Positions 62,150 through 64,000 of a stretch of 64,000 nt of DNA are shown here, in pieces. Each line of letters begins with the position of its first letter. The first letter of the stretch is position 1. The stretch is from NCBI RefSeq assembly GCF_000315625.1, contig NW_005434630.1:186001-250000 (forward strand), in the 5' to 3' direction. The DNA comes from Guillardia theta CCMP2712 (Eukaryota > Protista > Cryptophyta). The notes beneath the pieces were generated by a model. That model was not told the origin of the DNA and searched no databases. It worked only from the letters and a program-made list of their open reading frames with translations. Both the position numbers and the translations under genes were made by a program.

Positions 62150-64000
62150 GGCTAGAAAGGTTGAATAATGGGAGGAAGATGTTTCAAGTCAGTAGAGGAA
62201 AGGTGTAGCGAGGAAAGAAAACGCTGCGGGGAAGTCAGACGATGGTGCGGAGGAAGCGAAAGATGGGGGGGGGATGGGAATGGGAGGAGGCAAGGGAGGG
62301 GGGCTGAGGTTGGGGAAGAACGAATGGGCCAATAATGTAAAAAAGAATTGAATCTATACCCCTTTCTTGTCACAACATATGCAGGTTTTTGGTTGGTAGG
62401 GGGTCCTTATCCTACCAACTTTCGTTTTTTCGTTCGCGACATCTCACAATAGGGTTCCGCCTCCTGACCATGGTGGGGTGGGTGGAAACCGGGAGGTGAG
62501 GGTGGGCTTAATTTGAGACTAGTATAAGCTTTTTGTACCACAAACAGTTTTAGCCCCGTAGGATCCGCTGGCAAGTCTTAATTTAAGCTCAAGATGGTCG
62601 GTGGTGGAGGTGGTGACATTGTGCAAGGGTGACAAACGCTCAAAGCAGAGGGTGGGGTACATGGTGGTGTGGGGGAGGAATAATCAGGTGTGAACTAGGT
62701 AGGGTAGTCAGCAATCCTTCCAATTCCGGGGGTGGTTCGCTGAGGAAGAAGGGGTAGGGGCCCTTTATGAGTGGGATCTGTTTCCCAGGAAAAAGTTCTG
62801 GGAGGGTGTATCTGGAAAATCGATCTGGTGTAATTGGGTAGGTGGGTTGGTATTTGTCAAGGGGTACTTCAGAGGTGAACCAGGGGGTATAGGAAATATC
62901 TCCCCATTTCATTCCAAAGTTTCAAGTTTATCAAGCGGAAGGTAGGGTTACCCCTTTGTGAACTATTGTTGGACCCGGTCTTGGACTTGATGACAGATGG
63001 TAGGGTCCTAAACTTTGACGGGTGTTTCATGATTTAGCGTACAATCTGGAAATATTTTATGTTCCCCAGATTCAGAAGGGGTGGGGTAGTAATACCTACG
63101 GGGTGATAGGAAACACCGTGATCAATTTGGGTAGGTAAGGGTCCATTGGGACCTGAAGTGAGCCTGGTACAGGGTGTAAATGGTGTTATCGTTTTTCGAG
63201 GGGTGGTTATCTCAAAACATGGGGGTTGGGTGGTGGCTAGTCTGGTGGGGTACTTAGGGATGGTGGTTCTGTTGTTGGGGTGGGGTAATGCGAGGGGTGT
63301 ATTGTGGCTGATACAAAAGGGGAGGCGGGGGGATCAACATGTTGGAAAGTTGGCAGATTGGTCAGAGCTTTCGAAAATATTTCTTGAATAATTCAAATAA
63401 TTACCTCAATTCTTTTCATCTTCTGAAATTTTCTTTTGATAGTATTGTCAAGGATGCACATTTCAGTACAAATATACTGATAAAAATATCGATACACCTT
63501 CGGATCTAGTCTTCAACAGCCAAGGCGATCAGACTGTACCGAAATATTCACAAATTTGGTGAAATTGTTCGAAATGTGCTTGCCAACCTTGATGACAGAT
63601 GCAACCATTCCTTTACACCCTCATCACCTCCCCCATCCAACCCAGTCCCACTAATACAGTACCCCACCCAGAGCACTCCTACCCCGTTTTTCTGGTCATT
63701 CTACCCCATATCTATCCCCCACATTTCCTTGCACGGTACCCCTCACCCCCGAAAAATGTTCCCACCCCAATTCATCAGCAATCCTGCGCCTACCTACGTA
63801 CCCCCCAAATAAAATTCCTTGCATACTGTATATATAGTACCCCTACCCCCAGAGCCATACTTCACTCTCATCAACTACCCCCTCGTTTCCCACTGGCTTG
63901 CATCAGCTTCCTCCTCCTTGTACCCCTGACAGGTACGATCTCCCCTGTCTCCATGGACCCCTGTCAGATATCACCCCTTCTTTGGAAGGATGGTATACCG
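62150..64000. other. Non-coding, strand-skewed GGGTA/TACCC-rich region; possibly decayed repeat or element
   Basis: No credible ORF or intron pattern; G-rich on + until about 63400 and C-rich on + from about 63600. Confidence 0.4.

Noticed and set aside
1-64000. tRNA or rRNA genes
   Set aside because: None recognised by eye; tRNAscan-SE/Infernal would be needed to exclude small RNAs.

Overview
Gene-dense eukaryotic nuclear DNA with many ~45-60 nt GT-AG introns and microsatellite-filled longer introns. Signal-peptide + transit-peptide leaders and repeated LxLRGG-type leaders point to an alga with a complex red plastid, most likely a cryptophyte such as Guillardia theta (inference, not verified). 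I can support about 19 genes, among them a C2/class-3 lipase, RPS19, TFIIH p34/Tfb4, RFC2, plastid-type MnmE, a bacterial-type '3-methyladenine glycosylase'-like protein, PWWP-WDR76/Cmr1, a Cys/His repeat protein, a large Cys-rich surface protein, two ankyrin proteins, a collagen-repeat protein, PhoX alkaline phosphatase, a prefoldin-1-like protein and a Tudor-knot protein. Two decayed mobile elements are also present: a CxC/KDZ-like transposase pseudogene at the left edge and an LTR remnant near 51.6-53.6 kb. The strongest novelty candidate is a near-intronless 1342-aa gene (6973-11054, minus) that fuses a SLIP-GC/dynamin-like GTPase, an OTU-like module and a PIN-like module, an architecture suggestive of a cell-autonomous defence effector. 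All domain calls are from motif recognition by eye, and most exon boundaries are approximate.
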